Of a DNA stretch of 64,000 bases, positions 11,167-25,374 are shown in pieces. The translations under genes were made by a program, and so were the position numbers. The notes under the pieces were generated by a model. That model saw nothing but the letters and a program-made list of their open reading frames with translations. It was not told the origin of the DNA and made no database searches. This DNA comes from Mytilus californianus (lineage: Eukaryota). The stretch is taken from positions 98,704,001-98,768,000 of the forward strand of contig NW_026262734.1 of NCBI RefSeq assembly GCF_021869535.1, given 5' to 3'. The stretch's first letter is position 1. Every line of letters starts with the position of its first letter.

Positions 11167-12409
11167 CATACAGTATATAGTATACACTTTCTCGATAAAG
11201 TACAAATTAAGTAAAATATAAAGACAAGGGTTAAAAAAAATAAAACAACACTGTAAAAACCTCTTGCGTCCAAATTGCACCTGTGGACCCACCTGCAACA
11301 GGAACGCCCAAAGCAAAAAAACCCGATTGCTGGATGCATAAATACTGATTCACGTCAAGAGTCATACGACCAAAAGGAACACAATAGCAAAACGACAAGT
11401 AAAGGGAAAACTGTATAGTGAATAAATAGATACACAACTTCAGCACCTAGAGTCTATAACTGGAGACCATCTTGTATTATTTGTGAAGTAGACACAGCAT
11501 ATTTATCTATTATGTCTTGGTACTTTCCGATGAACTTATAAATATTTAGAAAAAGGACGAGACGCTGTCACAAGTTGACAAAACCCGGGCTCATCAATCT
11601 TTGGCTCAAACACCTAGTATCTATAAAGTTATGGGACTATGGGACTTTTTTTTTTTTAGTGTTGTAACACTAACATTTTGTGAACGTAACTCCTTTAAGA
11701 CTAATTGACAGGAAAGTGGTCATATGCATTCTCTATTTATATTGCTAGGATTGTTTGTCATCGTGTGCTGTTTATATCGTCATTTTGATTTTGCCACTTT
11801 TACGGGAATAATCGGACTTGCCAATATTTTTAACTATTGAAACAAAATGCCACCTTGTGTGCAGACATTTTCTGAGATCGTTTGACAGAAAACTCTCATA
11901 TTTGGTAGGATCGTTTGCCACCATATTTAATTAATCATATGATACCATTCAGTTGAGTTAACCATTAATATTGAATATACGGGACTTTGTTTTGGTTTTT
12001 TTTAACTTTTTGCGTGAACCCCGTGAGGGGTTATACTGGTGAGTTTTGGAAGCGTCTATGGGCCATTCAGATATCCTCGGAAACAAGATTCTTCGAACGT
12101 CTCAAAAATCATCGATCATTTATACAGGTAGTGAATATGTCTTTGATACAGTCCCTCTATGGTAGACTACCACGTGACATTGTATATTTCAACAATCAAA
12201 GTTCATTTGTAGATCGGAAAATAAAATATTAAAGACTAGATCGCAGTAAAAAAATACTGTAAATGTTCCAACCTATTTGCCTTTTGACAGAACATATGCG
12301 TTTTGATGTGAATGTTTATTAAATATGAAGTATTATCATAACGTAATTATATAATTTATGTTTTGAGACAGTCCCTGTGCGCGTTGTGTGTAGTAATTAA
12401 TACAACGTG

Positions 12410-15155
12410 CTACTATGCATTGTGACAATACACATGGGAATAGTATACTGACAATACATTATGTCCCAGAATAAACTGATCATTTCTGAATGTTTAACAC
12501 GTGATATTTCATATTTCCATCACAGCCTAAGCAAATGTCGGAAAACAAGAAGAAAATTAAAAATCAAAACTATATTTCTGTTAAAAATATTTATCTTAGG
12601 TCGGAAACACAATGGTCGGAAAGCAGATACATAATTAAACAAAACGATATTTCTGTAAAAAATATTCAATTTTATCATAGATACTAACAGACCAAGGGAA
12701 TATTCAGTCAGACAGGTGTTTTCTGACAACTTAAACTGAAACTAAATTTATCATTAATAGAATGCAATTAATAATTATGCCCCCGCCGTAGCGGAGGGGG
12801 GCATTAAGTGTTACCATTGTCCGTCCCGTCCGTACGTCCCCAAAATTTCCGTTCTCTAACTTTAGTTTGCCTCAACCAAATGTTATAAAACTTAAACACA
12901 ATGCTTATTACCACAAAACACAGATCAAGTTCGAAATTGGGTGGCGGCACTTTTACCGTTCATGAGTTATGTCCCTTTATAAACATATAAATTTCTGAAT
13001 TTTTCGTTTCCGTTAACTAACTTTGGTTTGCCTCAACCAAAAGTTATAAAACTTATAAACAATGATTACTACCACTTAACACGGATCAAGTTTGAAATTG
13101 GGTGGCGTCACTATTACCGTTCATGAGTTATGCCCCTTTATAAACATAAAAAATGCTGAATTTTTTGTTTCCGTTCTCTAACTTTAGTTTGACTCAACCA
13201 AATATTATAAAACTTATACATAATGCTTATAATCACAAAACGTTCTTAACTACGTGAATCCTGCATCTGTATGTGGAAGTTGACTCATGCATATTTGAAA
13301 GCGGGGGCATCTGTGACCAAAGACACATTCTCCGTTTATTTTATAGTATATGTCCCACAGGTTTTAACAGTGAATACATTTACGAAAATTGTATGCAACA
13401 CATGAGCACCAATTGTCAGGAATGTACACAAATAAATTAGTATCTTAAATTTAAACTGAGTGTACTTAATGAAAACAAAATATACTTGTTTCAATTTACA
13501 AGGATTTTAAATCCTTGCATCTCACAAAAAACTTAGTTAATATTTTACAATAATCATTCAATTACTACTTTAATTATTTTACACCGTTTTAGTATGGTTT
13601 TATATGTCTCTACTTATATTTTGTATAGTAATATATTCATAATATGGAAAGTTAGACTTGGAAGAAGAGATTGATTTGATTACAAAATGTCCATCAGCTA
13701 TAACGTGACGTTTGTGTTTATTGATAGTACATTTAAAAATTTTCGAAAAAGATTTATCAACAGGAATGAATCAAATTTCAATTTTTTTGTATGTTATTAA
13801 TAGTTCAACTTTATATCATCTAATTCTTTGCAATATGATGCGATTTTGAAAATTGTATGCATTGTGTTGACCAGCAATTCTAAACACGTCTTGGTTCATT
13901 TACGTTATATTACATCCTGTTCACCCAGCACAATTCGATTTGACAACAATATCGGTTTGCGGTAGTTTGACATCCATATTCAACGAACATTAGATTTGAG
14001 CCTAGAATAAATATATGTGATAACGAAAATGCATATGATTCTAATCCATAATATTAGAGTGTATGCTTTCCATTTACTATTTCTTGCTCAAGAAAACCAC
14101 GTGCATGCAACTATAGTAATTTCGCTCGAGGAATGTGAATTTTCGCATTTCGTATCTCTTTTCTTTTTTTCTTTTTTGAGTGACTGTCCTATTATAAACT
14201 TTGAAATGCCTCAATGCTCTTCAACTTCATACTTTATTTGGCTCTTTTAGCTTTTTGATTCGAGCGCAACTGCTGAGTCTTTTGTACACGAAACGCGTGT
14301 CTGGCATACAAAATGATAATCCTGGTATCTATAATAGTTTATTTACTTTTATCAAACATATCTTTTAATATAAATTTGTTCTTTTTGAGAGCATACTCTT
14401 GTATTCATAAAACTTCTGAAAACAAGATATTCTTCAAAACTAAGTTTTTCCTGTAGACCATTTGGATGGGTCAAGATAATTAACTTCAGGAAATCCTTAA
14501 AATTTGATATGTTTTATGAGACCAAAAAAATTGTCAGTATATAAGACGTCCTAATGAAGCTGGTGTGATACTCGCAAGAACAAAATACGAAAAGTTGCAT
14601 GCCACAGAGTTATATTTCACATGGAAATTTGACTTTCAATTTTTATATACTACCTCTACCATGAGCACAGACAGCTTCGATAATGAGTATATGTATAATT
14701 GAAGGCAACCAGGAAACTAAATATGAAGATATGAAAGATAAGATAGATGCACACAGATTATAAAGCAAACTGAGTGCTGAAATTTACATTGCGATTGGTC
14801 TGTGCAATTTGATTTAGACATCCGGTTTTTAGAAACTGGGAATTGCAACTTTGTATATTTAATACGAAGAAAAAGGGTGTACACTCCCAAGTCATAAATA
14901 AACTAATCAAGCCTTAAAAGGTAAATTCAAATGTTAGCTGTATACACTTTTCTATTTACAACTAAAATCCAACAGTGCTTTTAATTGACTTGTGAAAGAA
15001 TCTACACACAATTATATATTTTCAATAAAGGCGTTTTAACATCATCCTTACCCTTATTATATTCATAGTCAATTATTTCAAATCAAATGCCAAATATTTT
15101 TTTTCAGCGGTTTCGGGTTCTCGTATTGCTTTCCTTTTTTTTTAAGAAAGCAACT
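12410..15155 (+). pseudogene. Decayed TLR-like pseudogene, copy 2
   Basis: Colinear with copy 1. LRR-like DFKSLHLTKNLVNILQ*SFN (13503 on); LTSGNP*NLIC (~14480); VIFHMEI*LSIFIYYLYH, TM-like; CDWSVQFDLDIRFLETG, TIR-like (~14790). Many stops. Confidence 0.5.
12775..13337 (+). mobile_element. Helentron-associated / pearl-like non-autonomous element with ~2.5 internal ~175-bp tandem repeats
   Basis: Begins ttatgcccccgccgtagcggagggggg followed by a gtcc microsatellite. Internal repeats read ttccgttctctaactttagtttgcctcaaccaaa..., and the subterminal gcgggggcat is inverted to the 5' end. Absent from copy 1 at ~3440. Confidence 0.8.
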
Positions 15156-16371
15156 TGTTTACTTTGTACAACAATGCCAATTTGCGAACTCAAAATCCAA
15201 TTTGCGAACTCAAATCTACTTTATATGATTGTTTTATATTGCATCATGTGTAATTGATCACATTGTACCGTTATTTTGATTCAACTTTTTTTTTTATTAG
15301 AGAATGGGACTTTGACCTTCTTTTTTTCTAGCATTAAATAAAAGCTTGAAATGCACTTTATAATGTAATCTTTGTTCCTGTTGTACAACTTTATACTAAA
15401 AAAACAATTTTGTTCCTCAATAATATAGCGATGTGTGACATTTCGCAATGCAGTAGCAAATTTGTTTAGTCTTAATCTATAACAGGATAGTCTGAATAAC
15501 ATTTCGAAATTTAATATGCAAAGAACTTTCGCTGAAAATAATTATCCTCTTTTGCAAATCATTCACCATGAACAATTCGATTCTTGATACAATACGTAAA
15601 AACTGGAATGAAGATATTAGATTTATGTATTGCATTGTTTAATTGTAAAGAAGATTCTTCAAATATAAAGACCATATAATAAATCACTAGAGCAAGTCTT
15701 AAAAGTTAGCCCGAGATAAACATGTAGGAATAGAATTGGTACTAATGAAGCCTGTCTTCAATTTACTGTTCAATTTTATTTAACTATAAAAGTAAGGTTA
15801 CAAACGTTCCCCCGTCATCCTATCTAAATACCACAAGAAAAATAAATGAGGGATTCCCGTCATGCCCTTTAGGAACACAACAAATTATAGATTAATGATT
15901 ATCAGAAGGGCATACGGTTTGGTTTCTAAAATAATTGTATATGAAGAAATAATTTGAATATCATGAAAAAGTACATTTTTAGTTCACGATTGTTCACTAG
16001 CCTGTACTTTTTGGTAATATAGCACTTCAAGAGTTTCGGGTCTTATACATCCATTCCCGGTGAAGGTAAATAATGGAAAAACGCTTCGGAGACATCTGAT
16101 TTAAAAGTGTTTTATTTTTAGTTTTAAATTGTGAAAATATCTGTATCTACTTCTGTGACTTTTTAAATTATTGTTACGCCTGTGACGAAAGTCGTGAAAG
16201 TGAGACGTAAGCCTTTTTATTCTGTTTCCGGTTTTGGCGGCAGCGGCGACGACATCAACAATTTTTCAAATTTGTGATTATGTTCCATCTGCAAATTATA
16301 TCTCTGTATTGACAGTTAGTATTATTTTCCACAGATTTGATATTTGCATGGAGAAATAAACAACATACAGC

Positions 16372-16409
16372 ATGGTTCCAGACAATATTAACGCTACAGT
16401 TGTTCATAC
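16372..16409 (+). CDS. Acidic/Ig gene, coding exon 1 (MVPDNINATVVH)
   Basis: ATG lies inside an exon with acceptor ttttccacag (16334) and donor gtaagt. Phase 2 matches the next exon. A candidate 5' UTR donor lies at 16207. Confidence 0.5.
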
Positions 16410-17128
16410 GTAAGTTGAAATTAATTGCAAAATTATGTACAAGATACAGTTTATAGCAACACAGTGAAGATTTATTTTCTAGATTCCATCGGCAAAAAAG
16501 AGTTAGTTAAGTTAAAGAAACAATATAAGACTTTAGTAAATGGTATATTATGTGACTGGTCTTGTGTCGATGTTTCCGATTCTTATATCCCAGAGGTATT
16601 TTTCTGTAGTAGTCAAGATGAATTAATTGGTCTGATGGGAACTAATGTGTTTTAAATTGATATGTGATCTAAAAGTTTGCCATACATGTGACAAATCTAA
16701 ACTGAACAGAATGGTGTTAATATATTTCATGTAACAAAATCCATACACGCACTTAACAAATCCAGGACTACTATATACACTTGTATTACTGCTTTTATTA
16801 CAAATTCACTGTGAGACCTTCAACATAAACCAAAGGCTCACAACTCACAGCAAATACATGACAGTCTTTAGAACCGGTTTGAGGATTTTTGTATGAAAAT
16901 TATGTTTCATTTCTAACATAAAAATATTTTTGCCTCTAAACTAGTTCTGTTCCAAATTGTGAATAAGAGTGTCATGTAACTACAATCTTTGTCAACATCT
17001 CTATGTCGTGCTTATTTTCTTTAAATGGCATCTGCCTAAAAAATTGTTAGAGTTACAAATGTATATTTGATATTCACGTGCATTTTAAAACCTAAATCAA
17101 ATGATAAATTTTGCACTTCTATTTCCAG

Positions 17129-17166
17129 AAATGCATTACAATCAGGAAATACAAGAGCAAACAGAG
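17129..17166 (+). CDS. Acidic/Ig gene exon 2 (NALQSGNTRANR)
   Basis: ttccag|...|gtaaac, phase 2 to phase 1. Confidence 0.5.
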
Positions 17167-17904
17167 GTAAACGATTGTTTTTAATGATACCCTTTTTATC
17201 AGACTGTCCCTTATTTTAGAATCAACACGATCATAGCACTTGTAATTGTTATGATTATGCGAGGCAAACATCTTAGAAGAAACAAGTTCAGCATATATCC
17301 TGTGTGTATATTAAAAACCGCTTTTCACTTAAGATACAATTAAACTACAGTGTATAAAGTAAAATAAAAAAAATACCGAACTCCAAAGTAAAGTCCCTTA
17401 ACAAATGTCAAAATCAAAAGTTCAACCACATCAAACGAATGGTAATTAAACAGCTGGCATATTCCAGACTTGGTACAAACATTTCCTTATGTAGAAAATG
17501 GTGGATTAAACCTGGTTTTATAGCTAGCTTAACTTCTCACTTGTATGACAGTTACATAAAATTCCATTATATTGACAACAATGTGTGAGCAAAACAAACA
17601 GACATAATAGGTAAAAATGTCAAAAAAGTAGGGTACAGCAGTCAACAAGGTGTTATTATCTTAATCACTATAAAAACAAACAACTATGTCAACAAACAAA
17701 AACAAAATGGCATGTAGACACTCTATAGACAAGCACATAAGCAATAATGAAAGACAAGAATACAAAAAATCACATAAGCACAATAACACAATGGCGTGAT
17801 GTATAAATACCGAGCCAAGCCAAAAGTATATTACCAAAAATGGACTAAACAGTAAAGGTTAAAAATATAGACAATTTTTATGTTTCTGTTTCTTTGTTTG
17901 TTCG

Positions 17905-18107
17905 TGCTAAACGCAACTTTCAGCAACTATGGCTATATCATGGCGACCAGCTTTTGCTGGTGGAGGAAGCCAGAGTACCTTCGGCCGGAAACTGGAAAAC
18001 TGGCAATCTTTGTCAATTACGAGCCCAGTCAAACTCACTCTCTTAGAGTTGACAGGCTAGTGATCCGTGTAGATGAACTGATTATACCACTTGACCACCG
18101 AGGCACT
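17905..18107 (-). mobile_element. tRNA-headed SINE (V-domain-like)
   Basis: The minus strand begins gtgcctcggtggtcaagtgg (A-box-like). The body ggtggaggaagccagagtacc resembles mollusc V-SINE cores as I recall them. Confidence 0.55.
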
Positions 18108-19358
18108 ATATGTGTATATGATCTAGTAACGAATTTATTCTGATTCTTTCGTAAAGACTATTCAAGTTTGACCCTTTCGGATTGTCTGGGTTACACGTTT
18201 GTAAAAAAAGGAGAAGAAAGAGCATGTTTCTCCTAAATTCTAAAAGTTTCAAGGGGTTGATACGAGGCTTTATCATATCCTCTCCGTTCATTATTGAATA
18301 CGATTATAAATTAAACCACACCTGTAGTCTAATTAGCTTTAGAATATACATGTAGCAAAGTGCTCTCGACCAATCGAAGTGTAGAATTTGGTGTTCGTTA
18401 ATTGTGAAGAATGAATGTAAACATGTTCTTAGCCGGGGATTATCCTATTGTTTAGGCCTTTTTACAGTTCAAAACAAAGAATTTATATAAATGAGTCACA
18501 TCTACCCGAAGCACATTTATCAAATCGACCGGATTATAAAATGAAAGTTGAAATTTGAAACAAACAAAAAAAGAAAAAAAAAGTTTGAAGTTTACTTGTG
18601 CCGTCTAATTGATATCGTTTATGTTATTATGTGAATATTTAGAACTTCAAAATTACAAAACAAATAAGCAATATCAAAGCAATGTGAAAGAAGAAAAAAA
18701 ATCTAAAATCAAATTTAATCTATATCTTAAGCTAATACACTTACCAAAAATCAGATTACTGTATCTGTAGTTAGTAGGAATAGTCATTTCCAATATACCA
18801 GTACATACATGAAATCGAATTACAAATGTAACTTTTGAATTTCTTAATAATAAAAAACATTTTCTTTTAATTGTTAAATTCAAGTTAATTAAAAAGTATT
18901 TGATGTAAAAAGCTGGAATAAAATTGGTTGTGGAATGCAATTTAGTTGTAACTCTGAATTTATAAAATTGAACTGTAAATAAACAAAAAGGTAATTCCTC
19001 ATTAAATTATTACATAATTTACACTCACTCACAATTACGAAATTTATCCAATTTCTACCATTTCATTGTACAGTTGTGTCAACTAATGTCTAAAACACAA
19101 TTTATTAGAATTTCACAAACTAAAAGTAAGACCTCACATCACTTAGACTAATATATAAATGATATACCTACAAAGGGAGTCATCCATTAATTATAAACAT
19201 TGCACTGACAATGAAACAAATTCTTGAATAAAACCAATCAAGAGATCATTTGAGCCTTGAGCACTTTACAATGTTCTAAGTTTGTAAGAGAATATCATCA
19301 CTGGTGAACAACTATAAAGAAATTAATACACTGATACATTTTTATCATTTTTTTTTAG

Positions 19359-19502
19359 AAATGTCAGAAGATGAAAAAAATAAAAACGTAACACACAATA
19401 TTTCAAATTCTACTAGTGTGGTGACTGAAAGCAATCAAAGATGTCTCGGAAAATCATGTGCAAGCACACCAAAAGATTTTGATTATGGAAGTGAATCAGA
19501 TG
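19359..19502 (+). CDS. Acidic/Ig gene exon 3 (EMSEDEKNKN...YGSESD)
   Basis: tttttag|144 nt|gtaaat, open frame, phase 1-1. Confidence 0.7.
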
Positions 19503-20004
19503 GTAAATATACAAGTTTATCAATTTAATTTGAATAAATTGTGTTATACAAAAGGTAGTCGAATTTAACCAAATTAAGGGGGGAAAAACAAACAATTTCA
19601 AAGACTTTATCTAATATCTCAACATTTTTATTTTATTTCTTATTGGAGGTAAAACAAAACAAGAACTTACGTTTTTATAGAAAATTATTTGCAAATCTCC
19701 GAAAATGTAAATGTGAATTTATAATTAAATTGTTTATTTTATACATTTATACTTATACTTGTCATATCTTGAATAACAATATTCCTTGCTACTATATCAT
19801 AAAGTAAAATATGAATTAATGTTATTTGTCGTCACAAGAACTTTTGTTAATTGTGCGGAATAATTTTTTTGTATTTGCGGAGTGTGAGTATTATGTCGTA
19901 ACACAAACGTTTTGATTGTTTTTGTAAAAAAATATATACAAAAAACTAAATAAATATGTAAATCTTATATCTATATGTAATATATTTATTCTGGTTTGTT
20001 GCAG

Positions 20005-20118
20005 GCGAAATATATTTCGATTGCACGGATGAGACGCCTAATACATTGTATCAATACAATGGGTTAACAAAAGACTCCATCGAAAATGACAATGAGCTGG
20101 TGCTTTACGAAAGACAAG
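20005..20118 (+). CDS. Acidic/Ig gene exon 4 (GEIYFDCTDE...LYERQ)
   Basis: ttgcag|114 nt|gtatag, phase 1-1. Confidence 0.7.
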
Positions 20119-20938
20119 GTATAGTGTCAATTTTAATTTGATACAGAAAAAACAACACCCACAGTAATGGAATCTAATGAAACAGACACGAAACAAATAA
20201 ATAAAAAAAACGAAAAAGGAGAACTAAAACTTAACTGGACATATATGTCTACTGGTTACCATAAATAAGTCACATGAGACATTTCCTAATTATTGTCGTT
20301 ATAAGGAAATTATGGTGATTGTAATCTTCCGATATTCAAATCTCGTAAATCGATTAAGAAGAGACTAATCGAGGTAACAAAAACAAACTGAGGGAATCGC
20401 ATGATCTCCAATAGGAGCGAGACTGGGTTCGTCGAGAATGTAAGCGTCTCCTTCTATGCGTGCATCACCCGCCCTGCGAATCCACATTCAGTCAAAATAT
20501 CACAATCGAGAATAGGACACAATCGGTTAAATAACGATCATACGACAGCAGATAAATGTACCTTAAGATCTAAGACCGCAAACATATGTCGCTAGTGAGT
20601 CGAGACACCGACAACCTCATTTATAGAATAGAAGAATATTGTTTAATTAACCAAATACGAATAAAATGTCTTAATAACTATTTACACATTGCGTTTTCTG
20701 TGTTAATTTGTCTTATGTCAATATCTCTAGATCCACGTCGCCTAAACTCGACCAGTCGGAAAAGGACCACATAACGCATTGGTAATAAGGTCTATATGCA
20801 TATTTCCCACCGATCATGTTTATTTTAGAAATTGCGGTCGTTCACTGTTCAAATTCAAGCGATAAAGCATGTACAGCTTTGTAATTGATTAAGACAATTC
20901 TATTAAAGGTGTGATTTTATTTCATTTTTTGTTTTCAG

Positions 20939-21049
20939 ATTCCAAATTGAAAGATGACGAGGAAATATCTGAACAAGATAACAATTCTGACAGCGATTTT
21001 TTGTTTGTCGATGAGGACAGCAATACGGAATTATTAGACACAATCGAAG
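20939..21049 (+). CDS. Acidic/Ig gene exon 5 (DSKLKDDEEISE...LDTIE)
   Basis: ttttcag|111 nt|gtacag, phase 1-1. Confidence 0.72.
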
Positions 21050-21669
21050 GTACAGATTATTACAAAGTTGTGTTTAACTTAAAGTACTGTATCTCATCAT
21101 TTTGATATCTCATTTATTACTGGGATTTCTATTTCACTTGTGATTAAAATAACGCCCTTTTAAAACTCATAATTTAACATTTGACAGTCGAATATTGACT
21201 TGTTTAACAATTGATATATTGTCAAAAGTACAAACAAAAGAGTCTTTTTAATTCCACATTTTGATTTATCCTTTTCAGTATATTTGTTCGCATGAAAATC
21301 GTTTTTAATGTTTATTTTAAATAAAATATTCTTGATGAACTTAAATCCAAACATGGGCACAATTGATATCTGTCACCATAAAATTTGGCGCTTAATATGT
21401 TTCCTAGCTGAGGCTTTTGCAACCGTTGAGAAACTTGACTGTCTTTAAATTTTAAGACAGATGTATTTATAGCGGTATTAAATTAAATGGAGATCTTTAA
21501 TGGGTGCTTTTGGGAATTCCTGTGTAGACAGTTTTGATATCCGTCATCTTAATTCGATGCCATTATATAATTTTAAGCAAAAGAAACTTTCCAGTTAGAT
21601 AAAATGATGTATCCAACAATAAATGCAAGGCATAGCAATTGTTTCTTGTAGTCATCTTTTAATTTATTA

Positions 21670-22675
21670 AGCCGGGGCCACACATTCACGATTTTTACAG
21701 CCGTCCTTGACAGGACTATTCCAGATTAAAATTTTTTAAAAGTCTGATCAAGATCCTGTGAATCGTGGCTGGATATTCAACCTTTAATCAAAATTTGTAA
21801 AAAACAGTTATTTAATCACGCCAACAATCAGATATTGTCCAGGGAGCGTCCTATTTCAGCCGTTTCCAGCCGAATTTGTCCCGATTATTCCGTTCTCAAT
21901 CCGATTTTAATCCGATTTGTATCTTTGGCATGGTTAAAAACGACAGAATCTGTCCCGACAGCGTTCCGATTCTACCGAATGTGATCCAACAGAGATCCGA
22001 CAGTGACCAGACAGTGACCAGACAGTGAACCGACGCTGACGGAAGATATTCGATAGAAAACCGTCGCCATATTCGGAATGATCAGGTACTGTCGGAACGC
22101 AATCCTACCACAGTCTGCTGTATCGCATTGCAAATAGCTTTGTCTGGACTCAGTCGTATTGTGTTCTGTAATTTTCGGGACTCTGACGTGGGTATCATTG
22201 CCGAATTTCGTATTAATAACGGCACTGTTCCGGAATGGTTTCGGCAAAGACGGTTCGCATTCGGCAAGATCTGGATGCAATCTGGACTCAATTGGCAAAA
22301 AAAAAGCACTGACAAATTTCTTTAGATCATGCCCGTTCCACAGGACACCGTCCAGAAAACAAAGAACATTGTTACGATTTTGATCCGATACAGCAGAATC
22401 TGTCACGACATAGTCACGATTGTAATCCGACTAGACAAAATCAACTGATTTTTCCCGAATGTTACGGGACGCACCTAACTTTCGGGGTTCTTGGCCGACC
22501 TCTCCGTACCTTTCCCGATCGATAGGAATCTGTTACGAACGTATACGACTGCGTTCAGACATTGATAGGACATTCCAGATCATTCAGGATAGTAACCCGA
22601 CTTTTTTCACTTTTCGTGTCTTAGCGCTGTCTGATCTCAAACGGGAGCTATAATCGGCACTGTGTGAACGCCACA
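21670..22675. mobile_element. PIF/Harbinger-like non-autonomous DNA element in an intron
   Basis: GC-richer 1-kb block flanked by TTA (21667-21669, 22676-22678). Imperfect TIRs share cacaca-N4-cgatt, and an internal gacagtgacca triplication is present. No transposase motifs. Confidence 0.5.
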
Positions 22676-23527
22676 TTACCTCTGAGCTAGCTCTTAGTAA
22701 CTATAGACATTCTGCGACATGAAATTACAAACAATCATGTATTAAATACTTTGTCCGTCTACCTGTGTTCTGTCATCTATATGACCGGTAAAGAGCAGTC
22801 AGGAACGTAATAACCCTGATGTTGGCCTTGTTTACGACCTTTTTCGTCCATAAAACTGCTGTTGACAGCAAATGTTTTTTTTTTTATTCTTTTCTATTAT
22901 GGTGCTTATTCAGGAGGTTTTATCCTTTTATAAAATGAAGTCATCACTTTAACTGATAAACTACTGAAAATACTTAGCCTATGATTAAAGTAAAGTAAGT
23001 GTATTTGAATAAATATATACAATAGTTTTAATCCAAAGAAATACCGATATTTCAATTATATTGAACTGTTAGATACAATATATCGACTCAACAAGTAATC
23101 CTTTTTTATCATCATCATAGTTACAATTCAATTGAAAGAGATATACAATTGTAATTTACATATCTTTTACTGTTGTGGAACAAAATAAACAAATCAACAG
23201 CTCAGATATCTTTTGCCTAGAACCTACCCTTAAAGAACATATATATGATAGGAGTGAAGGTATCTTACATGAATACAATTGCATATAATTAGATTTTAGT
23301 AATGTTTCTTAAATTATTTGGATAATTTCTATCATAAACAAGTAACCTTGGGCATGTCATTTCATTTCACCATAACTGGTAAATCGTCATACTATCTAAT
23401 TGTGTTAGTTATTGAAAAAATCTTAATCGGTCTAAGTAAGGAATATCTTTTATAAGTTCATGTGAAATTTATACGTTTGCATGTAATACCAATATCATTA
23501 TTATGCATGGTTGCTTTTCATGTAAAG

Positions 23528-23611
23528 ACGCTGAGAGATATGACACAATATCCGATCTGCAACATAATGAGAAGAGACATTGCGCTGTTGAATATGTGCT
23601 TGACTTAACAG
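23528..23611 (+). CDS. Acidic/Ig gene exon 6 (DAERYDTISD...VLDLT)
   Basis: taaag|84 nt|gtaaac, phase 1-1. Confidence 0.6.
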
Positions 23612-24234
23612 GTAAACCAAGTAAAAGTATCTAATACCAAATAAAAGTATTTATAACAAGTTTAACATAGACACAATTTTTAACTATATTTACATAAGAA
23701 TAGGTAGAATTGGTTGAATATTGTAAGTTTAATTGAAAAGAACACATTAATATACAATGTATATTTATGCTTTTTAAGTCTGCTTTGGTTATACCTTTGC
23801 TCTTCAATTTTTTTCCATAGTTTCCTTAAGCGTACATTCAGCAATTTGCCTTTTACACTGTTCTTTCGATACATTTGATTATATCTATATGAAACCTATT
23901 TGAAAATAAACCAAGACTGAAATTGACTAGGTAGTTTTATTCTTATACTCTTTAAGTTGATGAATAATTGCGTTCGCTACTGTTATGAATATTCAAGTTA
24001 AAAAAATCTTGTTACAAATAAATAAAAAAAAACTTCAACAATCATTTAAACCAGAAACCAAATCAAATTGATGAGTTCGTTTAAAACCAATAAATAATGC
24101 TCTTAAATGTTATAAAACACTCTCCCTACACACTCAAAGCTAATATAATAGAATTAGATTGAGGTTCCGTAACGCTTAGCCGTTTAAAGGCATTACATGA
24201 TGGTTAGAAAACTTGAATTGATTTGATGTTGTAG

Positions 24235-25374
24235 ATAAAGAGAACCCCGAAAAAGATTATTTTGACACAAAGGTTAATAATGAAATCCAATCCAAAGACA
24301 GCAAAGGCAATATTGATGATAGAAAGGAAGTTGTTGATATGCAAGAAAAAGAACACGGTTCTAATTTTATTGATATGGATGACCGAGAAGTAGTTGATGA
24401 GTATCCACTGGAAAAACAGAATGAAAATGCAGCTAATGAAACCCAAGAAAATGAACATGATATAAATTATAAATATGCTGTTAGCGAAAGTCAAGGAAAA
24501 GACGATGAAAATGATGGTAAAAAGGCGGCTGATAAAATCCGAAGAAAGGCTGAGGATATTTTTGGCGAATGGTGTGAAGAGCCAGAGGAAGAAGATAAAA
24601 TTGATGGTGAAAAAGTAGTTTGTGAAATACTAGAAAAGGAAATTGATTTTAATGATAACAAAGCTTTTGACATTCAAGGAAAAAATAATGATTATGATGG
24701 TCAAATGGTCGTTGGTGAAATTCTACGTAAAGCTTTTGCTATTGATGGTAAAGGGGAAGATGTTGAAATTTCAGGAAATGATGATGAAATTGATTGTGAA
24801 AGTGGAGCAGCTAAGGCAATAGAAAATTATATTGAAGGTGTTGGTGAAATATCAGCTTATGGAGTGAAAGTAGGAAAAGATGAAATTTCCGATAAAAAGG
24901 CAGTAAAAGAAACACAAAGTGTTGCCATTCAAGAAAAGCATGGTGATATTGATAGTATACAGGGAGTCTTGGAAGTTGTAACATTAGATGAAGAGACTAC
25001 TGGTAGAATACAGCGATTAACAGATGATATTGATGTTGAAGAGGTTGATAGTAAAATCTTAAATGTTGCTATGTACGGGGAGGAGGTCGATAGTGAAAGC
25101 ATAGAAGAAAATGCTGTTTTAAATGGTATGCAGCCAGTTGTTGAAAACCTTGAAACAAATGATGATGTTGATAATAAAAATGCAGTTACGGCAATTTGTA
25201 ATAAGAAAGAGGGCATAGTTCTTACAAAAGCAATCAACGAAATCCTAACAGGCAATGATAAAAATAAAAAGGTGTCCAATCAACATGAAGACAACAAAGA
25301 GAACTTTTCTTCCACTGACAAAAAGATTAAATGCATACTTGAGATGACGTCTCTAAGTAGGAATTGTCTAAAAG
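24235..25374 (+). CDS. Acidic/Ig gene exon 7: 380-codon D/E-rich low-complexity exon
   Basis: ttgtag|1140 nt open|gtaagc, phase 1-1. Contains the track ORF starting at 24339. Confidence 0.8.

Noticed and set aside
12520-12729. Minus-strand ORF with 24-aa LRR-like spacing (AFRPL / VFRHLLRL)
   Set aside because: The conserved Asn position is Arg in all copies, and the strand conflicts with the clearer + strand LRRs.
21972-22653. Cluster of overlapping ORFs up to 144 aa
   Set aside because: Expected by chance in a GC-richer repeat. No DDE or Myb motifs.
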